From: Candidatus Aminicenantes bacterium
Lineage (GTDB): Bacteria; Acidobacteriota; Aminicenantia; Aminicenantales; UBA4085
Direction: 5' to 3'
Length of the DNA: 64,000 nt
NCBI GenBank assembly: GCA_026393865.1
Contig: JAPKZI010000234.1
Span: 288 to 64,287 of the forward strand
The position numbers were made by a program, and so were the translations under genes. The notes below the pieces were generated by a model, which saw only the letters and a list, made by a program, of their open reading frames with translations, made no database searches and was not told the origin of the DNA. Of the stretch, positions 18,446-26,537 are shown piece by piece; the first letter of the stretch is position 1, and the number at the start of each line of letters is the position of its first letter.

Positions 18446-21400
18446 TTCTTGGCTCCTAGAGAGTTTTTGCCGTCCTCGGTCTCCAGATCGCAGCGGAGGC
18501 ATCGTCTCGCTTCATCGCAGGCCATCCGCTCGGTCAGCCCGAGCTCGACCTCTTTGAAGTTTTTCCGCCGCCTGGCGAGGGACAGATGAGGAGTCTTGGG
18601 ACGCCGGGCTTTGGCCGCTTCCTCAGGAGTCATCTCGGTCGGCCCGGCATAGACCGACGGCCGGGTGAGGCGATAGTCGTGCTCCATAGGCAAACCGCGG
18701 ATGTATTTCTCGATGCTGTCGGCGGCCAGCTTCCCGGCGGCCATGGCCTCGACGACCGTGTTTGGGCCCGTGACGGCGTCGCCTCCGGCGAATATGCCCG
18801 GGCGGGTGGTCGTCGCTAATTCGGGATCGGTGATGATGTTCTCACCGTGGCGCTGGACCTCGTCGCCTTCGCCGATATAGGAGGTGTCGGGCCGTTCGCT
18901 GATGGCCAGGATGAGGATGTCGAGCTTGTAAACGAAGTTCGAGCCCTCGATCGGAATAGGCTTCCTCCGGCCGCTGGCATCCTTATCTCCGAGCCGCATC
19001 CGCACGCACTCGATGGCGACCGCTCTCCCGTTCTTTGTCAGGACTTTGACCGGGGCCACGAGGAACTGGATGTCGATGCCTTCCTCGATGGCGGCGTCCA
19101 CTTCTTCAGCGAGAGCGGGCATCTCAGCCTTGGTCCGGCGGTAGAAGATCGAGACTTTTTCACACTCCTTCTGCCGGAGGGCGGCCCGGGCGGCGTCGAT
19201 GGCCGAGTTCCCCCCGCCCACGATGCATACTTTCTTACCGATCGGGACTTTTTTCCCGAGGTTCACATCGAGCAGATACTCCAGGGAATGGTGGACGCCC
19301 TGGGAGTCTTCACCCGGGATGCCCATGGCCAGCGATTGGCCGGCGCCGGTGGCGCAGAAGACGGCCTTGTAGCCGTCCTTGAACAGCTTGTCGAGGGTAA
19401 AGTCCTTGCCCAGGACCATGTTGGTCCGGATCTCGACGCCCGCGGCCTTGATCTCCTCGATATCCTTAGCCACGACTGACCGGGGAAGACGGTGGTCGGG
19501 GATGCCGACGCTCAGCATGCCTCCGGCCACGGGTAGGGCTTCGTAAATGGTCGGACAGAAACCTTTGCGGGCCAGATAATAAGCGGCCGTCAATCCAGCC
19601 GGGCCTGAGCCGATGACGGCGACCCTCTCCAATCCCTGCTTGACGGGTTCCGGCTCATAGCGCACGTTGTTCTTGGCCGCCCAATCCATGACGAAGCGCT
19701 TGATGGCCCGGATCGAAATGGGCTGGCCCGACTCGCCGGCGCGGCAGGCCTTTTCGCAGGGATGGCTACAGACCCGGGCGCAGACCGACGGCAGGGGATT
19801 GTCCTTCATAATGATGTCGAAGGCCTCTTTGTAATTCCCCTGGGCGACATGGGCGATATAGGTCGAAGCTTCCTGGCCGATGGGGCAGATATAATGGCAC
19901 GGCGAGGAGACGATCTCCTTGCAGACGAGCGCCGGGCATTTCTTGCGCTTGATGTGATATTCGTATTCCTTGCGGAAGTACTTCAGGGTCGATAGAACGG
20001 GATTGGCCGCGGTCTGGCCCAGCCCGCACATCGAGCTGTCCTTGACCGCTTGGGCCAGCTCCTCGAGGAGATCAAGATCGCTCTCTTCGCCCCTGCCGTC
20101 CGAGATCTTCTTGACGATCTCCCACATCCTCTGCGTCCCTTCACGGCAGGAGACGCACTTGCCGCAGGACTCGTCCCGGAGAAAGTTCAGAAAATACTTG
20201 GCGATGTCGACCATGCAGGTCTTGTCGTCCATGACGATCATCCCGCCCGAGCCCATGATTGCCCCGGCCGCCGTCAGGCTTTCGTAATCGATGGTGAGGT
20301 CAAGCTTGGAGCTGGGGAGACAGCCTCCGGACGGGCCTCCGATCTGAACCGCTTTGAACTCCCTCCCCTCGGGGATACCCCCCCCGATGCCGTAGACGAT
20401 GTCCCGGAGGGTGATGCCCATCGGGACCTCGACCAATCCCGTGTTGTTGATTTTTCCGACGAGGGAAAAGATCTTTGTTCCCTTGCTCGTTTCCGTTCCG
20501 AGGCCCGCGAACCAGGCCGCCCCACGCCGGATGATATTGGGCACGGTCGCCCAAGTCTCGACGTTGTTGATCACGGTCGGCATCCCCGCGTAGCCTTTTT
20601 GGGCCGGATAGGGTGGCCGTTGCCGGGGCATGGCGATCCTTCCCTCCACGGACGCGATCAGAGCGGTCTCTTCTCCGGAGACGAATGCTCCCGCTCCCTG
20701 CACGACCTCGACGTCGAAATGGAATCCAGTGTCGAGAATGTTCTTCCCGAGCAGCCCGTACTCTTTGGCTTGGGAGATGGCAATGTCCATTCTGTGCACG
20801 GCCAGCGGGTATTCATGCCGGATATAGATGAATCCTTTTTCAGCCCCGATCGCTTTCGCCCCGATCACCATCCCTTCGAGAACGGTATGAGGGTCGGCTT
20901 CAAGGACCGACCGGTCCATAAAGGCCCCCGGGTCCCCTTCGTCGCCGTTGCAAATGAGGTATTTAGGAGTCTTCTTTGCTTGGCGTCCGATGTCCCACTT
21001 CTTACCGGTCGGGAAGCCGGCGCCTCCCCGGCCCCGGAGGCCGGAGGCGCTGATCTCGGAGACGATCTCTTCGGGCGTCATCTTCGTCAACGCCTTGGCC
21101 AACGCTTCGTAACCGTCGAAAGCAATGTATTCCTCGACCTTTTCCGGGTCGATCCGGCCGCGGTTGCGAAGCACGATCAGGCGCTGGTGTTTGAAGAACT
21201 CGATGTCCTTCATTTTTGGGACCGGCTCTTTCTCGGCGGGCGGGACGTACATCAATTTTTTGACCGGCCGGCCCTTCAGCAGGTGTTCTTCGACGAGGTG
21301 CGGGACGTCTTCGACTGTGAGCCGCTGGTAGAAAATGCCGTCCGGCTGGACGAGGAGGATCGGCCCTCGCTCGCAGAATCCATTGCATCCTGTGGCGATC

Positions 21401-21528
21401 ACGAGGACCTCGTTCTGGAGTTTCCTCTTCTGAATCTCCTGTTCGAGGGCCTCTTTGATCTTAAAGGAGTTGCAGGAGACGCATCCCGTCCCGGCGCAAA
21501 CCAATAAATGAGCGCGATATTTTTTCAA
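18442..21528 (-). CDS. Fusion protein: Trx-like [2Fe-2S] + NuoF (NADH/FMN) core + GltD/NfnB-like NAD(P)H-FAD oxidoreductase
   Basis: 1028 aa. The N-terminus has CAGTGC..CNGFCERGP. The NuoF region has GLRGRGGAGFPTGKKW, CNGDEGDPGAF and ESCGKCVSCREG. The GltD-type helical Fe-S domain (CARVCSHPCEKAC) follows, with two dinucleotide folds VAVIGSGPAGLTAA and VCIVGGGNSAIDAA. Confidence 0.85.
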   Translation of the reverse strand: MKKYRAHLLVCAGTGCVSCNSFKIKEALEQEIQKRKLQNEVLVIATGCNGFCERGPILLVQPDGIFYQRLTVEDVPHLVEEHLLKGRPVKKLMYVPPAEKEPVPKMKDIEFFKHQRLIVLRNRGRIDPEKVEEYIAFDGYEALAKALTKMTPEEIVSEISASGLRGRGGAGFPTGKKWDIGRQAKKTPKYLICNGDEGDPGAFMDRSVLEADPHTVLEGMVIGAKAIGAEKGFIYIRHEYPLAVHRMDIAISQAKEYGLLGKNILDTGFHFDVEVVQGAGAFVSGEETALIASVEGRIAMPRQRPPYPAQKGYAGMPTVINNVETWATVPNIIRRGAAWFAGLGTETSKGTKIFSLVGKINNTGLVEVPMGITLRDIVYGIGGGIPEGREFKAVQIGGPSGGCLPSSKLDLTIDYESLTAAGAIMGSGGMIVMDDKTCMVDIAKYFLNFLRDESCGKCVSCREGTQRMWEIVKKISDGRGEESDLDLLEELAQAVKDSSMCGLGQTAANPVLSTLKYFRKEYEYHIKRKKCPALVCKEIVSSPCHYICPIGQEASTYIAHVAQGNYKEAFDIIMKDNPLPSVCARVCSHPCEKACRAGESGQPISIRAIKRFVMDWAAKNNVRYEPEPVKQGLERVAVIGSGPAGLTAAYYLARKGFCPTIYEALPVAGGMLSVGIPDHRLPRSVVAKDIEEIKAAGVEIRTNMVLGKDFTLDKLFKDGYKAVFCATGAGQSLAMGIPGEDSQGVHHSLEYLLDVNLGKKVPIGKKVCIVGGGNSAIDAARAALRQKECEKVSIFYRRTKAEMPALAEEVDAAIEEGIDIQFLVAPVKVLTKNGRAVAIECVRMRLGDKDASGRRKPIPIEGSNFVYKLDILILAISERPDTSYIGEGDEVQRHGENIITDPELATTTRPGIFAGGDAVTGPNTVVEAMAAGKLAADSIEKYIRGLPMEHDYRLTRPSVYAGPTEMTPEEAAKARRPKTPHLSLARRRKNFKEVELGLTERMACDEARRCLRCDLETEDGKNSLGAKK

Positions 21529-21537
21529 GGAATCCTC

Positions 21538-21954
21538 TCAGTAAGTGGTTTCACTTCCGATCGCTAAAGCATATTCGACGACGAGGTGGCCGCCCAGGAC
21601 ATGTTTCTTGACGATCTGACGGATTTTGGCCGGTGTCAGGTCGACGTATTTGACCGGCGGGTGGCCTTTGATCTCGACCGTCGCCATCGGCTCCCGTCTG
21701 CAGAATCCGGCGCAGCCCGAGGTCGTCACGATCACGTCCTTGACCTTGCTTTTACTCAGCTGGTCAAGAAGGGCGTTCATGATCTCGCGGGCGCCGGCCG
21801 CGATCCCGCACGTGCCCATATGGACCGTGACCCGGCCCCGGCCTTCACCATCCCGGATGGTCATAGTCGCCTTGGCTTTATCCCGGATTTTGGCTAAATC
21901 CTGGATCGTGAGTTTTTTCTGTTTCACTTCGGGCGTTCGCTTTTTTACCGTCAT
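21538..21954 (-). CDS. Thioredoxin-like [2Fe-2S] ferredoxin (HydD-like)
   Basis: 138 aa with Cys contexts HMGTCGIAAG and TSGCAGFCRREP, as in Trx-like 2Fe-2S ferredoxins of HydABC-type operons. Confidence 0.75.
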   Translation of the reverse strand: MTVKKRTPEVKQKKLTIQDLAKIRDKAKATMTIRDGEGRGRVTVHMGTCGIAAGAREIMNALLDQLSKSKVKDVIVTTSGCAGFCRREPMATVEIKGHPPVKYVDLTPAKIRQIVKKHVLGGHLVVEYALAIGSETTY

Positions 21955-21985
21955 ATTCTTTGGAACCTCCTACTGTAGCTCCGAA

Positions 21986-22016
21986 GTTGCCTGGCGATGA
22001 TTTCGCCTCAGGCAAC
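21986..22016. other. Intercistronic GC-rich hairpin (13-bp stem with one bulge)
   Basis: gttgcctggcga (21986-21997) pairs with tcgcc-t-caggcaac (22003-22016), with loop tgatt. It lies between the nuoE-like stop (22022) and the ferredoxin start (21954). Confidence 0.45.
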
Positions 22017-22021
22017 GCGGC

Positions 22022-22525
22022 CTAGGCGTGTTTCGCAACCCGCTTCGTAGCCTTCGGTTTATTTCCGCGTTGATACTTTTTCAGGATCGTGTTGACTCTC
22101 TGGATCGTCGTGTGTCCGTAGTAGTCCCGGTCCACGACGACGACGGGCCCGATGGCGCAGCAGCCCAAACAGGCCACGGTTTCCAGGGTGAACTGTTTGT
22201 CGGGTGTGGTTTCGCCGGGTTCGACGGCCAGCCTCTTCTCGAATTCCGAGAGTATCTTGGGTCCTCCGCGGACATGACAGGCGGTTCCCAGGCAGACCGT
22301 CACCAGATGCCGCCCCCGCGGCTTGAGGCTGAAGGCCCGGTAGAACGTGGCCAAGCCGACGATATCGATCAGCGGCACGGCCAGCTCGGACGCCACAGTA
22401 CGAAGAGCCTCCGGAGGAAGATACGCGTTCTCGGACTGGATATCCAAAAGGATGGCGATCAGATTTTTCTTCAAGCCTTCGTGCTTATGGATGATCGAAC
22501 GGATTTGTTCTTGCATGGCATTCAA
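22022..22525 (-). CDS. NuoE/HydC-like [2Fe-2S] subunit
   Basis: 167 aa with the NuoE pattern (VTVCLGTACHVRG...ACLGCCAIGP). The track start is TTG at 22525 with AGGAGG 7 nt upstream. The alternative is ATG at 22516. Confidence 0.85.
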   Translation of the reverse strand: MNAMQEQIRSIIHKHEGLKKNLIAILLDIQSENAYLPPEALRTVASELAVPLIDIVGLATFYRAFSLKPRGRHLVTVCLGTACHVRGGPKILSEFEKRLAVEPGETTPDKQFTLETVACLGCCAIGPVVVVDRDYYGHTTIQRVNTILKKYQRGNKPKATKRVAKHA

Positions 22526-22722
22526 GATCGTTCCTCCTGGCTGCGGGCTTTAGGACGATGCCGAAAAGCGTACCCGGGACGCCCCTCGTCGAGGACAGGC
22601 AGGGATGCCTTCCGCTTTGGGAGATAAAGGTCGAAGTTCCGTTGATAGAAAGGATCGCCACCGACGCGGATTCTTTATGACGATCGAAAAGCTGCTTGTC
22701 TTGCGCATTAAATAAGAGCAGA

Positions 22723-22752
22723 TTTATAGCAGATAAAATTTGCCTTTGTCAA
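22723..22752 (-). promoter_or_regulatory. Putative sigma70 promoter (TTGACA-18-TATAAA) for the nuoE-like operon
   Basis: The plus strand reads tttata (22723-22728) and tgtcaa (22747-22752) with an 18-nt spacer. This implies a leader of about 190 nt before the start at 22525. Confidence 0.4.
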
Positions 22753-22811
22753 GTCGTGCCGAAAAGTCGCGCCGAAAAGATCTCCGGCCTCGATTTTCCG
22801 CGGTCGAGTCC

Positions 22812-23357
22812 TTAGGTCCGACCTATTTTTTTGAGGCCGGTTTGAAGATTTTTTTTAGCCGCGCGGAAGATCGACGGGCACAGACAGGGCGTGCTTCGGG
22901 GGTCGCCGAGAAACTCGCGGCTGGCGAACCGGAAGACGAGGCCGTTTACTCGGTGGCCGTAGCGAAAATCGATCTCGGGATGGCCGAAAACAAGCGCCGT
23001 GATCGTTGCAACCATCGCCGTCAGGGGGGGGCGATCGATATGACGGTAGCGGAAGCGGGCGGCGACCTTGGTCCCTTGGTTGGGGACCGTCGTCAGGACC
23101 GCGCCGCCGCCACAGTGTTCCGCCGCTTGGGCGAGAAGCGGGAGGCCGAGGCCGGTCCGTTTTCCTTTGGTCGTGAAGAACGGGTCGAGGGCCCGCCGCG
23201 CGTCTTTTTTCGACATGCCCCGCCCGTTGTCCGAAATGCGGACCGTCAGGAGGTTCCGCCGCTCATTCTCATTGATCGTCACGGTGATCCGCGTCGCGTC
23301 CGCCGCGACCGCGTTTTCGACGATGTCGAGGATGTGGAGCGACAAATCCTCCATCAT
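22812..23357 (-). CDS. Stand-alone HATPase_c (GHKL ATPase) domain protein
   Basis: The start is trimmed to MMEDLSLHILDIVENA (ATGA overlap with the PHP gene stop). It has an N-box HILDIVENA, G1 DNGRGM and G2 GLGLPL, with no His-phosphotransfer or sensor domain. Confidence 0.75.
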   Translation of the reverse strand: MMEDLSLHILDIVENAVAADATRITVTINENERRNLLTVRISDNGRGMSKKDARRALDPFFTTKGKRTGLGLPLLAQAAEHCGGGAVLTTVPNQGTKVAARFRYRHIDRPPLTAMVATITALVFGHPEIDFRYGHRVNGLVFRFASREFLGDPRSTPCLCPSIFRAAKKNLQTGLKKIGRT

Positions 23358-24100
23358 GAGCTGCAGACCTTTCTTCCATTTTTGGACCGGAGCGCCATCC
23401 GAATCTCTTCGAACGAGGGGGCCGCAAGGAGGAAGTCCGTGGACGTCCGGCCGATGTCCTCGGGCCGATGGGCGTCGGAGAAACGGACGAGAGGGATCGA
23501 GGCGTTCATCGGGATGGCCGTCCGGGCTTCGGCGATGGTCATGAGAGGAGAGACCTCGAGGGCGTCGAGTTCGATGTCGGAGGGGATGAAGCCCAGTTGA
23601 GAGATGATGCTGAACGCGCCTTTGTCGATATGCGACGCGATCGCCAGGCCGCCGAAGCGGTGGATCAGGGCGACGATCTCGTGGACGTCCAGCCGCGTCG
23701 CGGCCAGGAGACACCGCGGGCTGAAGCCCATCACCTCGTCGTCCTTGTTGACGACCACCTGGTCTTGGACGAAGGCTTTTTTCGTGGGGACCTCGGGAAG
23801 GTTCCGAAAAACCTCGTCCTGGACGGGTCGAATGTCGTCCATGCTTTTGAAGACGCCGAGAATATGGACCTCCTCCTCGGAGGTCAGTTCCATGCCCGGA
23901 AGGACCGTCATTCCCGTCCCTTCCGCGGCCTGGAGCGCGGCCGCGGCGTTTTCCGCGGTGTTGTGGTCGCTGATGGCGATGATATCCAGCCCCGCTTCGA
24001 GCGCCCGGCGGACGATTCGGCGAGGATAATTCGTCAATTCACCGCAGGGGGAGAGGCAGGAGTGGATGTGGAGGTCGGCTCGAAAGCGCCTGAGCCCCAT
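23354..24100 (-). CDS. PHP-domain phosphoesterase
   Basis: 248 aa with N-terminal ADLHIHSCLSPCG and ISDHN metal-binding motifs typical of PHP domains. Confidence 0.8.
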   Translation of the reverse strand: MGLRRFRADLHIHSCLSPCGELTNYPRRIVRRALEAGLDIIAISDHNTAENAAAALQAAEGTGMTVLPGMELTSEEEVHILGVFKSMDDIRPVQDEVFRNLPEVPTKKAFVQDQVVVNKDDEVMGFSPRCLLAATRLDVHEIVALIHRFGGLAIASHIDKGAFSIISQLGFIPSDIELDALEVSPLMTIAEARTAIPMNASIPLVRFSDAHRPEDIGRTSTDFLLAAPSFEEIRMALRSKNGRKVCSS

Positions 24101-24441
24101 CAGGTTCCTTGAATCCCTAATCCATAGACCCTGCCGACGAATTCAAAGGCGGTCAAAGGCGTTCCGATAATGGACACCCGTTCTTTACGGGCCAGCTCGA
24201 CGGTTTCCGCGGCGGGTTCGCGGCCGTTGACAAGGACGATCGCCGCCAGTTCCTTGAAGGCGGCGACGGCGATGATGTTCGGATGGATCTGGAGGGTGAC
24301 CCAGAGTTGGTCTTTTTGGCCGTGGGCGAGGACATCGCTCAAAAGATCGCTGGCGTAGCCGCCGCTGATAGGGCGGGTCAGCTCATTCCGACCTGTATAG
24401 ACCTTGAGGTCCAGCTGTTCGATGAGTTTGGCCAGGGTCAT
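24100..24441 (-). CDS. DRTGG-domain protein
   Basis: The start is trimmed to MTLAKLIEQLDL (ATGA overlap with the upstream stop). It is 113 aa and paralogous in pattern to the 26149-26496 product (ASDLLSDVLA.. / IVLVNGREP.. / IIGT). Confidence 0.65.
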   Translation of the reverse strand: MTLAKLIEQLDLKVYTGRNELTRPISGGYASDLLSDVLAHGQKDQLWVTLQIHPNIIAVAAFKELAAIVLVNGREPAAETVELARKERVSIIGTPLTAFEFVGRVYGLGIQGT

Positions 24442-25712
24442 GTCTCCTCCTTTTTCGCAAACGGGCAGTCGTCGAGGGCCGCTAGGCCGCGAACGATGTC
24501 GTCGGCCAAGGTCCGGCAATCCGGAGCGCCGCAGGCTCCGCAATCCTTGCGCGGCAGCCGTTGGAAGATCTCGTTCCGGCGATTGGCTTTGGAGATCGCC
24601 TGGGCGGGGTCGGCGTCTAAAGGAGGCGACTCCAGGGGTGCGATGGGATGATGGAAGGACAGAAAATCCTTGTGATAGAGCAGGTTCATGTCGGAGCTGT
24701 CGACCACGGTCCGTTCTCCCATTATACTGACGAGACGCAGGATCCGGCTTTTCGCCAGGTAGCGGTTTTCGACCGTCAGGGGGCCCCCGATGCAGCCGTC
24801 CGGACAGACCGTGCATTCCAAGAGGTCCACGTCCTTGAGGAGGCCGAGTTCCACCTGGTTCAAAACGCGGATGGTGTCCCGAACTCCCGAGACGGCCACC
24901 GTTCGATGGTTTTTGAGCCCGCGCGTTTCGCCTCCCGAAAGGGCTGTGCCGACGCCGGTGCCGCTGAAGATAGTCTCCGGGAAGAGATGGGCCATGATCG
25001 TGTCTTCCTTGCTCTGCCGGAGGGTTTGGTAGATCGTTTTAAAAATATCCCTGATCGAAATCGCGCCGTCCAGATAGGATTTTTCCATCGAAGCGGGGTG
25101 GTTGATCGAGACCATTTTCGCCGGACAGGGGGTGATGTGGAAAATCCCGATGTTCGACGCGGGAACCTTGGTCATCCGGGGGAGGTTGGCCCGCAGGATC
25201 TTGGCCGCGTTCTCGCGCGGCGGTTCGATGGGGACGATATGTTCGCACAGCGAGGGAAAACGGCGTTGGATAAGACGGATCACCACGGGGCAAGTCGAGG
25301 AGATGAACGGCCGGGGCTTGGGGTGAGTGGCGAGATACATCTCGAGGGCGGTGTTGTTGAGCTCGCAGATCGTGCTGAGCTCATAGACGTAGTCAAACCC
25401 GACGCGGCGCAGGGCGAAGAGGATCTCGTTCGGCAGGGTTGTGTTGTCGAACTGGCCGTAGAGCACCGTTGCCGGAATAACGACCTTGTACGGGAACGCT
25501 TTGAGGTCCGAGAACGACGTCGTCATCGACTCGACGGCGTCCTGGGGACAAAACCGGAGACATTCCCCGCAGTCGATGCAGAGCTCGTCGATGATTAGCG
25601 CTTTCCCGTTTTTAATCCGGATCGCTTTGGTCGGACAGGCGATCATGCAATGGACACAACCGATGCATTTTTCGGGGTTGATCTGCACAGAATGACGGGT
25701 GTTGTCGGTCAT
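24438..25712 (-). CDS. [FeFe]-hydrogenase-like (putative sensory) Fe-S protein
   Basis: 424 aa with two N-terminal CxxCxxCxxxCP ferredoxin motifs. H-cluster motif equivalents are SSTCPVV (cf. TSCCP), TPCPAKMVS (cf. MPCxxKxxE) and ECTVCPDGCIGGP (cf. ExMxCxxGCxxG). There is a C-terminal CGACGAPDC..C cluster. Confidence 0.8.
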   Translation of the reverse strand: MTDNTRHSVQINPEKCIGCVHCMIACPTKAIRIKNGKALIIDELCIDCGECLRFCPQDAVESMTTSFSDLKAFPYKVVIPATVLYGQFDNTTLPNEILFALRRVGFDYVYELSTICELNNTALEMYLATHPKPRPFISSTCPVVIRLIQRRFPSLCEHIVPIEPPRENAAKILRANLPRMTKVPASNIGIFHITPCPAKMVSINHPASMEKSYLDGAISIRDIFKTIYQTLRQSKEDTIMAHLFPETIFSGTGVGTALSGGETRGLKNHRTVAVSGVRDTIRVLNQVELGLLKDVDLLECTVCPDGCIGGPLTVENRYLAKSRILRLVSIMGERTVVDSSDMNLLYHKDFLSFHHPIAPLESPPLDADPAQAISKANRRNEIFQRLPRKDCGACGAPDCRTLADDIVRGLAALDDCPFAKKEET

Positions 25713-26152
25713 GGCCGTTGTCCGTTGGTCAGGAACGTGAGCTCAAGCCGCGTTCCTCGGCCGACCTCCGAGGTGATCAGGAACGCGTCCGTGTTTTTTT
25801 TGATATTGGCGAGTCCCATGCCGGCGCCGAACCCGAGCTCGCGCATTTCGAGAGTGGCCGTGGAATAGCCTTCCGTCATGGCCAACTCGATGTCTTCGAT
25901 TCCGGGACCGGAGTCTTCGACGACGACGTGGACCCGGCCCGGCGTGACCGACAGAACCAGCCGGCCCTCCCAGGCGTACATGATGATGTTCAGCTCGGCC
26001 TCGTAGCTCGCGATCGCGGCGCGGAGCACGACCGGAGTGCTCAAGCCGAGCTCTTTCAGGAGGTTTTTGATCTCCCAGGAGACTTCGCCCGCCCGGGAAA
26101 AATCGCCGCCTTTGACCGGGAACTCTTGCCGAAAAACGGTGTCCTTCGTCAT
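25709..26152 (-). CDS. RsbW/SpoIIAB-like anti-sigma-type serine kinase (HATPase_c)
   Basis: 147 aa with EAELNIIMYA, DSGPGIEDIE and GFGAGMGLANI motifs of small GHKL Ser kinases. There is an ATGA overlap on both sides. Confidence 0.75.
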   Translation of the reverse strand: MTKDTVFRQEFPVKGGDFSRAGEVSWEIKNLLKELGLSTPVVLRAAIASYEAELNIIMYAWEGRLVLSVTPGRVHVVVEDSGPGIEDIELAMTEGYSTATLEMRELGFGAGMGLANIKKNTDAFLITSEVGRGTRLELTFLTNGQRP

Positions 26153-26496
26153 CGTCTTCCTTTAAGAAAGGACCCGGAGACCCTGGAGCACGCTTCAAAC
26201 ATGGAACATCCCGTGGCGATGATCGGGACGTTGTGTTCCCGGGCCTCGTCGATGACCTTCCGCTCCGGCCTCTTTCCTTGGACGATGACGATGGCCGCGA
26301 CTTCGACCAGGCGCGCGGTGCGGACGACATGCGTGTTCACCAACCCCGTCATGAGGATGGAGCCCGGTTGTATGAACGCCAGCACGTCGCTCATCAAATC
26401 CGAGGCGAAAAATTTCGCACATTCGGTCTCGAGATTCATCTCGGGCGTCAGGAGCTCTCCGTCCAATGCCGTCATCATCCCTTTCAAGGTCAACAT
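26149..26496 (-). CDS. DRTGG-domain protein
   Basis: 115 aa (ASDLMSDVLAF...IVIVQGKRP...IIATG). It is the first gene of the overlapped six-gene set. Confidence 0.65.
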   Translation of the reverse strand: MLTLKGMMTALDGELLTPEMNLETECAKFFASDLMSDVLAFIQPGSILMTGLVNTHVVRTARLVEVAAIVIVQGKRPERKVIDEAREHNVPIIATGCSMFEACSRVSGSFLKGRR

Positions 26497-26537
26497 GGCG
26501 GTCCTCAGAGAGAGCGTCCTTTATCCATCCACCTCTT

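Noticed and set aside
22550-22708. 52-codon ATG-initiated frame (MRKTSSFSIVIKNPRRW...) inside the nuoE-like leader.
   Set aside because: It has no Shine-Dalgarno sequence, its composition resembles a random GC-rich translation, and it has no recognisable features. It is kept only as a note under the leader finding.
22812-23714. N-terminal extensions of track ORFs: 22812-23714, 24100-24816, 17762-18502, 52527-53102, 57681-59597 and 59952-62345.
   Set aside because: The extended parts are R/P/G-rich, overlap the preceding gene in another frame and carry no domain. Internal ATGs that create ATGA or short overlaps with the upstream stop give products starting exactly at the recognisable domain. 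I therefore trimmed the starts to 23357, 24441, 18445, 52605, 58275 and 60261.
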